Shown piece after piece: positions 27,123 to 38,540 of a stretch of 64,000 nt of DNA (position 1 is its first letter; each line of letters opens with the position of its first letter). The position numbers and the translations under genes were made by a program. Source of the DNA: Geosiphon pyriformis uo1 (lineage: Eukaryota > Fungi > Glomeromycota); NCBI GenBank assembly GCA_016748015.1, contig JAAOMT010000213.1, positions 26,466 to 90,465 of the forward strand, written 5' to 3'. The notes under the pieces are model-generated. The model had not been told where the DNA came from. It ran no database searches and saw only the letters and a program-made list of their open reading frames with translations.

Positions 27123-29457
27123 CATTTACATTTTTAACAGTGTTCTCAGTCCAGCAATTGAATTCTGATCTCAATTGACTCATATTCCAATTAGCTGGGC
27201 TAGAAAATAGACCTCAAGAATTTTGGCCACTGTAAAGAAAAAGGCTAAACTTTCAGTAAATTTCCCAGCCAGCACTATGCATTACTCATCCTTGTATAAC
27301 CTGTTCAAAATTGATGACATACAAGCAAAAAGCAAGATCACAGATTTGTTGGTTAGATTGAACAGTGCTGATATTGCTGGAATGGCTACCAAAATCAGAT
27401 TAGCCAACTTACAGGCACAAAGATGGCTCATAGTGTACTGGAATACCTCACTAATGAACAATCTGGGCCAGGTATTAATCTAATAGCTAATATTATGCAG
27501 ATAATAGAGGAAAGAGGCATCTCATTCAGGAGCAATGGTAACACACATGGGATACCTGATTCATCAAGGACACAGGCATATCTTATTGAGACTATTATAT
27601 CTTTAGGTACAGCATACACTAAAGTTAGAAGCTTCCTAAGGAAGGAGAACATTTTGTACTTGCATCAAATACAGAACAAAGATGAGACATTAATAACATG
27701 GAGGAACTTCACAAGGAAGTACAGACAAAGTGATAGTGATAGAATTCCCAGATGGTTTAAGGTTTTGGAATCTACAATCATCATGGATGAGTACAGGAAC
27801 ATTGATGTAGCACAATGCAAAGTATTGGGGATGCACAAACTGACTAACCAAATACCAGATGATTTTGAAACAATGCAAAGAGATACCATTTATATCCATA
27901 TTCCTGACATGTTACTGTCACAATGGAGGGGGGTATGAGAGAAGTTAAGATTCAGAAAGGAATTAGAAATATCAACAGATGGCTCAATGGTAGATGCTGG
28001 CTCTGAGAATACAAGGAAAGGAGCTGCTTTCATAACACATGGAATAGAGACTGAATTTGGTTTAGCAGTTGATCAAACATTATCATCAACAAAAACAGAG
28101 ACAAAGGCTGTGTTATTGGCTTTGGAAGCAGTACCTTACAAATGCAAGCTAACCATAAACACAGATAGTCAAGCTGTAATATCAATGGCTCAGAAATGGT
28201 TGTCTAAAGATGTACCCTTGTCTGTTAAAAATCAGCTTAAAACTTTAAACTGGCACACATGGAATGCTATTAGAGCAATTATAAGTGAAAAGAAGATTGA
28301 TCTTACCATAAACAAAGTGGCTGCTCATACTGGTATATTGGAAAATAAGAAGGCTAACAAACTAGCCAAAGAATCTACCACTCTTGACACTATAAGATGG
28401 ATTTATGATGCTAAGGAGGCTGCATATATTTCCTTTTGCAGAGAAATTGAATTGGATTTAAATATTAGACATTTTCTGAGCAAACAGACTAGTCTTCAAG
28501 CAGCTTTGAATTAGATAGGCAACAACAAAGTCTAAGAGACATTAGCGTCTTTAGACCAAGACATAAATTGGATGTGCACAACCAAGATCTGGAACTGGGA
28601 TGGAAAAATGTCATCAGGATTCACCTCAGCTGGTTCATCAGCTATGCATACATTTCTTATGAAATCGTTTTACAACATGCTGCCAACAGCAGAGGTGCTA
28701 TACAACTGTCATCCTCTTGTATACCTAAACAATCTTTGCAAAACATGTCATAGAGAAGTGGAAACCAACCAGCACTTTTAGGAATGCTCTCTGAATACTC
28801 AAGAGGACAAGATGCTAATTAATGACGTAAAAAATAGGTGAATACAGTGCCTATCACAGGCTGTGGGAGGTGGACAAAAAGCCTTGGACAATAACAAGAA
28901 GATTGAGCTGTTCAGTAAATACATCATGTCATCATCCAATATAGAACTGCTATGTAAAAGATTAGTTGACAAGCAATTTGAGAGGATCAATGCTTTTACT
29001 GACATCGACCTAAAGACTAACAATGATATATTAGTAAAGATGTGTAAATGGGCAGTTACTCAGGCAAGAAATAGATTGTGGGGAGAACAGTGCAGATTGC
29101 AAACTGAATGGAAAAAATCCAAGGGTATTAATGGCAGAGTCAAGAGGAACCTGCATGATGGCTCCAACACATGTAACACATCAAGGAATAGTAGTAGGAA
29201 CAGTGGCAAATGCATAGTGAGGATAGGTAAAGCATTCACATGGTGTAATAATATATTGACTAATGTTTTGTGTGGTAAGAATACTTTGTGTAGTAGTGTG
29301 ATACCCCATAAATTTTACAGTTATACTAGCATGTAGTTAGGCATAACCACTTAGTGGTTAGCCACATCTTGTAATTTATATTATTGGGTGAGTTGGCTTT
29401 ATGAAAAGGTCATGCTCTGTGAGTATGGCTAAACTAATAAAAGACCAGCGTGGCTAC

Positions 29458-29725
29458 ACAACTACTTTGTCTTAATGGAATTTTTGGGTAAAAAACAATA
29501 CCCATTAGAATATACTTAACAGCAAAGAAAACATTTGCACAAACAATCAAATTTTTATTTGATTCACCAGAACTAATTATATAAAAGAAATAAAAAAAAT
29601 TTTAACTGTTCCCAAAAAATCATTAGATTTGAAGAAAAAGAAATTGTGATCTATAACATGTACACTGATTTATTAGCTAGACACTTTAAAAAAACAAAAA
29701 CAATACAGAAAACCTTAGTTCACTA
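29458..29725 (+). pseudogene. Gypsy integrase N-terminal fragment (continuation of 13631-17682)
   Basis: Resumes exactly after the LINE TSD; matches start of ORF 46918..48156. Confidence 0.88.
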
Positions 29726-29856
29726 TTTTTATTTTTATTTTTTTTTGTTAACATGTAGTCATGCCAGTCATTTATTAGTTATGACTACAGTAAAGTGGCA
29801 ATAATACAAAATCACAAGATGCGGCCAACCACAAGTGGAAAGCCCTAACTACACAC
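29726..29856 (-). mobile_element. Tail-only copy of the ORF1-only element, tandem to the adjacent copy
   Basis: 3' UTR plus A-rich tail starting at GTGTGTAG directly after the poly(A) of 29857-31047. Confidence 0.85.
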
Positions 29857-31047
29857 TTTTTTTTTTGTTAACATGTAGCCACACCAATTATTTATTAGTT
29901 AAGCCACAGTAATGTGGTGGTTTCACAAAGCCAGCTCATTCAATAATACAAAAATCACAAGATGCAGCTAACCACAAGCAGAAAGCCCTAACTACATGCT
30001 AGTACTACCTTTGCTACCTAATGTATTAAACATATCTAATTTATACATCTTACCCATAATGCTAATAAGCTCATAACTATTCTTAACCATACCACTCATC
30101 CACTTAGCAGTCTAATCAAAACTGGATTTGATTCTGGAAGGCTAATCTTCCCATAAGTGCATCATAACATCAAAGGTATTATCATAAACTGAAAAGTCTT
30201 TATCTTCATCATCATTATCATCAACATCATCAACCATGTTGTTAACATGATCCATTTTTCAAGTAGACCCGTTTACATATTGTCTCAAGACATGTTAATC
30301 TTTTTTGCATTATGGTGACAACAGCAGTCAAGCCTTTATTTTGCTTAGCCAATCCATTCACACATTCCTTAACTAACACATCCATGGCAGATAGAGTAGA
30401 CAGCAATTTGGTAACCAATGCAACCAGAACACTAACAGGTTCAACTAAAGATTTTATTAACACAGATAGTTCATTAAGATGGAATTCAAGAAAAGCCAAC
30501 CTAGATTCAACAGCAGAATTGGGAACAGAAGGGACAGCAGACAACATGGGTGTTGCAGTTTTGGGAAGACCACCAAGATCCAAGTCTATATTAGCAGCAG
30601 CAGCACCAGGAGGAACCACAAAAGCAACAGCCTTGACATAAGATTTAGATTCAACAACTGAAGGTTTGAAATTTTTGGGGCCACCAAAGGTGTTGGAAGG
30701 GAGTTTAGGTGAGAGAGGAGGCAACTTCTTGCAGTTCACAGCCAAATGATTTAAGTCTTGACACCTGTAGCAGCAGTGACACCCAAGAGTTTTTCACCAG
30801 ATGCAACAACTACACAAGGTACCAGTTTTTGACACAACAACATTCAGAGATTCCAAAGAATCAAAGGTAACCACAGCAAAGCATTGACATTAATAAGATT
30901 CAGGGAAGCGAGAAATGAAACATGTATGGCCACCAACTTGGGAGACCAAGTTACTTATCTCAAAGGCAGTATAGCTAACTAGAAGATTGACCAACTTAGC
31001 TTTGAATGCATCTCTTGAGGAGATAATCTTCTTTTGGTTGGTGATAG
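29857..31047 (-). mobile_element. ORF1-only element, subfamily 2, 3' half
   Basis: ORF 30242..30745, poly(A), shared UTR; truncated by the LTR at 31048. Confidence 0.9.
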
Positions 31048-31645
31048 TGTTACGGGTTGGAGTAACAAGCTAACGGATAGCAAAAGAGAACAGAATTGTA
31101 GGGTGATGGAAATAATCAAAGAGGAATTCAACTTTAAAGAGTGAATTGAATGAGTATGGATTCAATGTGTGAGATCAGTCTCATAAAATATCTCAGTCAC
31201 TATTCTTTTCAAAGGTAACTGGGAAATCTGAAGGTAGAGGAATAGTCCGTACTGTCAACAATTGATCACCACTGGTATAATTCTATGCCTTACATCAGCA
31301 CTCTTAGAATTCAATATCAGATATCAACTTGTGCTTTTCAGTCACATTTATTCAAATAATCTTCAAATGCTACAATTATATACGTCAAGAAAAAGCCAAC
31401 AAGTAATCTTTTATCTTTAAAATGTTCAGATACTTGAAGGTAGGGAAAGGGAAATTAGTGATAAAAGAAGGATTGAGATGAAAGTTGTTATTTTATTTAT
31501 TCTTGATTATTCAGATGCTTGTTATTACATGCTTTTCTATAGCTAAGAGATTCATTGCTTATATAGCTATCAAAAGTGGTCAATGATCACTTTCTAAAAA
31601 TAGTGTGGCTAATCATATGACATCAGTGGCTAATACATGTAATAA

Positions 31646-32302
31646 TTAATAAGAAGTATAGGTCTCAACCATAACATCATCCTCTCCAAAGAGATTGAGC
31701 TCCAGTGAAATCAAGCTATTTATAGTGTAATCTATTTGAAGAGTTTTATCTAACTCAAAGCTAACTAATTTATTGAAGTCTTTTGTAGATAGGGTGTATA
31801 ATACTTGAGGCAAAATGAGTTTTGTATCCAAGAGACCAAATCTTTGTATTAGAGTTTTGGCTCTTCTAGCAATGGTTAAAACTCTTGGAACATCTAATTG
31901 TATAATGCCCAAAATTTCTGCCTGTATCTTTGAAGTTGTTTTCTTCATGAGCTTTATGTCATCTATAATTTCACCAAAGTGACCATAGAGCTCTAATTGT
32001 CTTCCATATGACAAGTTTTTGTCTATAGATAAGATTTCTTTAATTGTTTTTCCAAGTGTGGTGGAGGGTATGAGTATTGCTGCTGTTATATTTTCTAGCA
32101 GATATTTATTCATTTTGTTACCAATTCTTTCTCTTCTGGTAGTTGTTTTCTTTGGTCTAATAACAGTATGTGTTCCACTGCTATCAGTTATTGTGGTCTG
32201 TTTTCTAATAGTCAAAGTAGCATTTAGATAGTTTTTAATCCAATACTCATGGAGAGCATAGAAGACATTTTGAATGTTTTGATCCAGAAAATAATTGTTT
32301 AT
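31646..32302 (-). pseudogene. Gypsy ORF3, unknown ~218 aa protein (start ATG mutated to ATA)
   Basis: Open frame from 32302 through the PPT into the LTR; homologous to 46161-46795. Confidence 0.75.
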
Positions 32303-32344
32303 GTCAATTTGAAGATACCTCTGTTTTGAAAATAGTGCATTTAT

Positions 32345-33644
32345 TTATACTTGATTTTTGTTGATTATTTGAGTCAGTATTACCACAACAGGCAACCAAT
32401 CAGGTTGTTTGTGATATTTATTGAGTTGTGTGCCATGAACAAGTCAATTATTAAAAATTGTTCTGGATTGATCTTGAAGAATATAAGAACCATTGTTCAA
32501 AACTTTGTTGACTATAAAGGGTCCTTTCCACCAGCTAGAGAATTTATCACCATAGACATTGTCTCTGTCTAAACAGTATTCTAATACCAAGTCACCAATA
32601 CTTAAAAAAAGTGTTTTATAGGTTTTCTTCTTTTTAAGCTTTTTTTGAAACTGTTTTATCTTTTTAAAAGCAACTATTTGTGCTTCTACCAATGAGTCAA
32701 GAATGGTATCAAGTCTTCTTTGCAAAATGTCTTTGTAATTTGCTATTGTGATCTCTTCAAAAGATATTGTCTCAATGTCAGTTTCTATTGGTAGAGTTGC
32801 TATGTGTCCATAGAGCAGATAAAAAGGTTCATAACTTGTTATGTCATGATTCACAGTTCTATAAGCAAACAAAGCTGAAGGCAGTACTTTGTCCCATAAG
32901 TTTGTTTCTTCACTTGTTTTGGCTAGAGTTTTACATAGTGTTCTATTAAAACATTCCACTAAGCCGTTTGTTTGGGGGTGATAAGGGGAGGAAAGTTTGT
33001 GACATATTCCCATTTTTCTACAAAGTTCTTCAACCAGTGTACTGAGAAAAGCTTTTCCTCTATCAAATAAAAGTTCTCTGGGCGAGCCATGATGCCAGAT
33101 GATATCTTCATAAATGAAATTGGCTATTGAAACTGCTGTTTGGTCTGAAGTGGCTCTTGCTTCTACCCATTTTGAAAGATAGTCAGTAGCTGTGATAATG
33201 TATCTGTTGCCATCAGGGGTTATTGTTAAGGGTCCAACAACATCTATACCAATCCTGTCAAATGGTTGGCCAACAGAGATTGGATGAATATCTTCTTTTC
33301 TATTGGGTTTTCCTCTTCTTTGGCAGGTATCACAGGTTTTAATGTACTCAGCAATGTCTTTTCTCAAGGTAGGCCATTAGAGTTTTCTGAATTGTTTTTG
33401 TTTTTCCAAAGTATCCAGCTAATGGATCAGTGTGCATGTTATAGATCACAATTTTTCTTTCTTCAAATCTTATGACTCTCTGGGGGTGGTTAGGATCTTT
33501 TCTGTTTCTTTTGTATAGTTGGTTCTGGCAGATCAAATAGAAATTTGATTGTTTGTGCAAATGTTCTTTACTGTCAATTGTATTCCAGTGGGTATTGTCC
33601 TTTACCCAAAAATTCCATTAAGGCAGAGTAGTTGTCCAAGTCCA
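32345..33644 (-). pseudogene. Integrase (HHCC, DDE, GPF motif; no chromodomain)
   Basis: CDTCQ, GIDVVGP, DRG, PQTNGLVE, WKGPF. Confidence 0.93.
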
Positions 33645-33710
33645 TTATCGTGTTTGGTTGTGAGAGAATTACTAATAATTAGGTTGGTTTGGTTTAAGAT
33701 AGTTGTACTG

Positions 33711-36328
33711 TTACTGAATGGTAAGTCTAGAGAGAGCATCAGCATTTTGATGATGTGCTCCTTTGTAATGTTGAATGTCATAGTCAAATTTATCCAAGTG
33801 GAGTATCCAGCGAGTTATTCTTTTATGTTTCAGCTTCTTTTTGTTGTATAACCAAACCAAAGCTTGGTGATCTGTTACCACCAAAAACTTTACCCCCAGG
33901 AGATACTTATCCCAGTAACTGGTAGCCCAGACTACTGCTAAGCATTCCTGCTCAGTAACTGAATAGTTCTGTTCTGCTGGTGTAAGGATTTTACTGGCAT
34001 ATGCTATTGCATGTTCCCTGCTATCTTTATCTTTTTGTGACAGGACAGCACCAAGTCCAAGAATAAAAGATTGATTCAGATTAGGTTGCTTGAGAATAGG
34101 TTCTGTAACCAATTTTTCTTTGAGAGTTTCAAATGCTTTCTGCTGATGTGTACCCCAGTGGTAATTAACATTTTTCTAAGTAGCTGATTGAGTGGAGAGG
34201 CAATTTTGGATAATAAGAAGCCAAACCAAGGAAAGAGCACAGTTCATGAACATTTATTGGTTGTCTAATGTTCTGGACTTTTTCAACCTTGGCTGGGTCA
34301 GGAAAGATTCCATCCTTTGTAATAAGATGGCCAAGAAATTGGGTTGATTGCCGTCCAAAGAAAGATTTGATTGAGTTTATCTTAAGGCCAGCATTTCTAA
34401 GGAGGTCAAAAACCTTTTGCAAATGTTCAAGATGTTCATCCCAGGTTTTTGAGTACACCATTATGTTATCCAAATAAACCAGAACAAAATTTTTTTTCAC
34501 TGATTCAAATACTTTGTCCATTAAGTGTTGAAAGGTGGGAGGAGCATTGGTGAGACCAAAAGGCATGACTGTGAATTCATAGATGCCATACTTGGTTATG
34601 AAGGCAGTTTTCTTCCAACTTTCTGGATCCATCTCTACTTGCCAAAATCCAGCAGTTAGATCAATGGTTGAGAAGAAAGCAGCATCCTTGAATTGATTTA
34701 ACATTGCATCAATTTTGGGAAGTGGGTACATGTCTCTTTTAGTGATGGCATTTAATTGGTAATAATTGACACAGAAGTGCAGAGTTCCATCTTTCTTGGA
34801 TACCATCACAACTGGGAAAGCCCATTCACTCTTGGTTTTTTGTATGAATCCAAGATCTTTCATTCGTTTTATTTCTTTTTTGATGAACTCATCATTGTGG
34901 CAATTGAATTGATATGGCTTTAGATGGATGGGGCAAGTTTCTCTGGTGGTAATGGTGTGTTGTATCACATGAGTTCGTCCAGGGGTATCACCTTCTTTTG
35001 AGATAACTGGGCTGTTTCTAGCCAGCAGATTTTCAATGTCTATTTTTCTTTCTTCTGGAGAGGGTTCTCTTTGTTCTACAACTAGTGATTGGATCTCAGG
35101 TGGTTCATTTTCAATTCTTCTCTAAGTATCAAACTGATTGGTTCCCAATCTTTGTAATAGATCAGGCATGATTTGCATTCATCACTTGGAGAATACAAGG
35201 GTTGGTTGCACCAGCACTGGGCACAAGAACCATGCCACCAATAACAGTACTTGGCTTTCTTGCCAGGTTTTTGGTCAAAGGTTCTTCTAAGGATATCATA
35301 GTAGGACCAGCAGATCAGCTTGTCATTCACAATGATTCCTTCTTTGTCAGCTTTGACATTGTCCAGTGGCTTGCCATTGCTGGTGAAGGTAGTATATGTA
35401 AGTTCAGTGGTTTCTTCTTGTTCCTCTTGTTCTTCTTCTTCATCACTCTCTTTATCATCTGATTCATCTGATTGTTCTTTTTCTTGATCCTGTTTGTTTG
35501 CTGGGAGAGTTGTCCAATGGTGGCATTTAACCACTATGGGCTTCTCACCACATCTGATGGTTAATTCACACAGTTCATAGTCAAGTAAGGCTTTTGCTTT
35601 CTTGAGCCACTCATTGCCAACAATGATGATGTATTCCTTTGCTTCAGAAACCTCCATATCAGTTTCAATGCTGATGCCATTGATGTGAACAGGAATAGAT
35701 TTGGCAATACCAAAACCTTTCTTTTTATTACCATGTACATTAGTCATAGGTCTGGTGGAAGGTTCGTCAATTTTTCTGCCAATTGCTTCTAAGAAATGTT
35801 TGGCAATAACACTCACAGATAATCCACTGTCTAGGATCAAGTCAATGAAATAACCAGCCACTTGGGCTTTGCAAATTAAAGGGGCAATGTTGCTGTTGTC
35901 AGCAAGTCCAGCTTGACGAGGGCATTTGTTGGTTTTTGGTATTTTCTTCTTAAGGATCAGAGATCTTTTCTAAACTGTGGATGAGTCATTAGCTGGCCAA
36001 AGGTAATATGTGCTGGGGTTTTCATGAAATCTTTAACAACAGAATAAGGTCCAGATTTTTGTACTATTTCTGGGGGTTCTAACTTTGGAGGATTCTTAAA
36101 AACTTTAGCCTTTGGTGGCTCATTATTATCAGCAGTTGATGTGGATGGTTTGTTTGGATCCAAAACAAAATCAACTTTGGCTTTCTTTTTCTTCCTTATT
36201 GATTCTGTGGTGTTAATTGCTAGTTCATCCATGTTATGGTCATCATCAGTTAAGTTAAAGGCGTAAAAAGGGTTTTTTTCTGGTTGGCTTGCACTCTCAC
36301 CCTTTGGAGGTGCGCCTACCAGTTTAAA
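33711..36328 (-). pseudogene. Pol: aspartic protease, RT, RNase H
   Basis: LDSG, MPFGLTNAP, YLDN, NYSVTEQE, VTDHQAL, NADALSR. Confidence 0.93.
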
Positions 36329-37847
36329 GACTGATAAACAGTGGCTTCAACTAGGGGATTCTCTCCAAAGAAATTGATATTGGCATGATTAGGTCTTTGA
36401 TTGGGGGCGTTGTTGTTAATGGTTCTGTTGTTTTAGTTATCATTGTTTCTGGGAGCTGGAGAGGGTAAAGGAAGATTGTTGCAATCTCTTGAAAAATGTC
36501 CAGTTAATCCACAGCTATAGCACACAGGTGGGCCACAATTTTGTTGTCTTTGATAAGGTAGTTACTGAGGCTGATTGAAATGTGGGTCTTTGGGATTGCT
36601 GATTATCTCTGACTGCTTGGGCTAATGGTTCTAATAGCCAAGCAAGATTTGCTGTGAGTCTATCTATCAACTGTTCATTTGGGTCTTGAGTTTGAGCAGC
36701 AAAAGAAGTAGCAGCCATTTGGGGAGCAGGAGCCATAACAGGAGCAGGAGCAAAAACTGGAAGTGTGGATCCCAAGTGCATTCTTTGGTTGTCTTCAATT
36801 TTTTGGGCAAGTTCAATGGTCATGTTCATTGTAGGATTATCTTTTAGAGCCAAGAGAGGCCAAAGAGCATAGGATAAGTTGGTTTTCAATCTTTTTGTAA
36901 AGGAAAGAATCTTTTGTTCTTCTGTCCAGTTTCTTCCAGAGTCCACTTGTTTGATTAACTTTCTGATTGCTTTGGCATATTCAGTTACTACTTCTCCTGG
37001 ACCTTGAGTTCTTCTTTCCAATTCCATGCACCACTTGGATATCAAGATTGGGGTTCTGAACTTGTTTTCAAACTGGGTTGTTGTTTTCTCCAGCATTTGC
37101 TGGCATCCATCTAATGATTCTTTGATGGGCATTGGCATCAGTTTCCTGTGAGAACCAGGTGGCAGGGGAGCCTTGAAGGTAGCCACCAACAATTTGAAAC
37201 TTGTACTCATCATTGTATTGGTTAGCTGTAGCAGCTCTCTCAAAGTCATCCAACCATTCAATTGGATCTTGTGCATCACCTTTAAATAATGGTAGTGGAG
37301 TGTTGTTTCTTCACCCCAAGGCAGTTTGTATACCTTGAAGAGCAGCCAAGATGTTTGCTTGCATTGGATCTTGGGCCATTGGTTCAAGAGTTACTGTTTG
37401 TGTGGAGTGCTCTGATTCACTTGAGAAAATATCAAAAATAGGGGCAGTTTGGTAACTTTCTTCTTCTGTTTCAAAGGGGTTTTCACCTAGTTGGTGAGCA
37501 GCAATCCAAATATGGATTTGGTGATTCAGATATTCGAAATCAGGGGGCTGTTGTTCAAAGGTTGTGAAGTATAAGAGCTGATTGATGCTGGTATTTCTTT
37601 CTTCAAAATTGTCTTCAAAATAAGCTTGATCAAAATAATAGATGGTATAAGCTGTGTAGGTTTCAGCTGAATGCTTGTTTAAGAACCAGTTCCAAAAGTC
37701 TTGGAATTGTCTGCTGGATTGTTCTTCAATAGGGAAACAGATCAAGCAGGAGGGCAGAGGATTGAGTTTAATAAACTCTAGATCGTTTCTGTTGTGTACT
37801 GCAAAGTGTTCTTCTGATTGCTGTGGCAAGTATGAATAATCACCCAT
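36316..37847 (-). pseudogene. Gag with N-terminal extension and CCHC knuckle
   Basis: ORFs 37311, 37068 and 36515; QGPGEVVTEY major-homology-like motif; CYSCGLTGHFSRDC. Confidence 0.9.
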
Positions 37848-38540
37848 ACAATGAGGAAATAAGTGAATTTTGACAACCTCACAGGGAGCACCACTTTTAT
37901 GTTACAGGTTGGAGTAACAAGCTAATGGATAGTAAGAGAGAACAGGATTGTAGGGTGATGGAAATAATCAAAGGGGAATTCAACTTTAAAGAGTGAATTG
38001 AATGAGTATGGATTCAATGTACAAGATCAGTCTCATAAAATATCTCAGTCACTATTCTTTTCAAAGGTAACTGGAAAATCTGAAGGTAGAGGAATAGTCC
38101 GTACTGTCAACAATTGATCACCACTAGTATAATTCTATGCTTTACATTGGCATTCTTAGAATTCAATATCAGGTATCAACTTGTGCTTTTCAGTCATGTT
38201 TATTCAAATAATCTTCAAATGCTACAATTATATACATCAGGAAAAGACCAACAAGTAATCTTTTATCTTTAAAATGTTCAGATACTTGAAGGTAGAGAAA
38301 GGGAAATTAACAATAAGAGAAGGATTGAGATGAAAGTTGTTATTTTATTTATTCTTGATTATTCAGATGCTTGTTATTACATGCATTTCTACAGCTAAGA
38401 GATTCATTGCTTATATAGCTATCAAAAGTGGTCAATGATCAGGTCAATGATCACTTTCTAAAAATAGTGTGGCTAATCATATGTCATCAGTGGCTAATAC
38501 ATGTGATAATTAATAAGAAGTATAGGTCTCAACCATAACA

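Larger units (their letters stand above)
20082..29336 (+). pseudogene. LINE ORF2 (AP endonuclease, RT, RNase H, Cys/His motif), interrupted
   Basis: NVKGL/MET/GDLN/RLDY/STDH endonuclease motifs; KAPGPS and AFVND RT motifs; TDGS/TDSQA/AHTG RNase H motifs; CKTC-x4-ETNQH. Confidence 0.92.
17683..29457 (+). mobile_element. Full-length LINE carrying three nested insertions, itself inserted in the Gypsy integrase start
   Basis: TSD ACAACTACTTTG at 17671-17682 and 29458-29469; ORF1 then EN-RT-RNH ORF2 fragments in order. Confidence 0.93.
31048..38540 (-). mobile_element. Full-length Ty3/Gypsy LTR retrotransposon (LTR subtype a), decayed
   Basis: LTRs 37900-38540 and 31048-31676, PBS 37875-37893, PPT GGAGAGGATGA 31677-31687, order gag-PR-RT-RH-IN. 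Confidence 0.96.
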
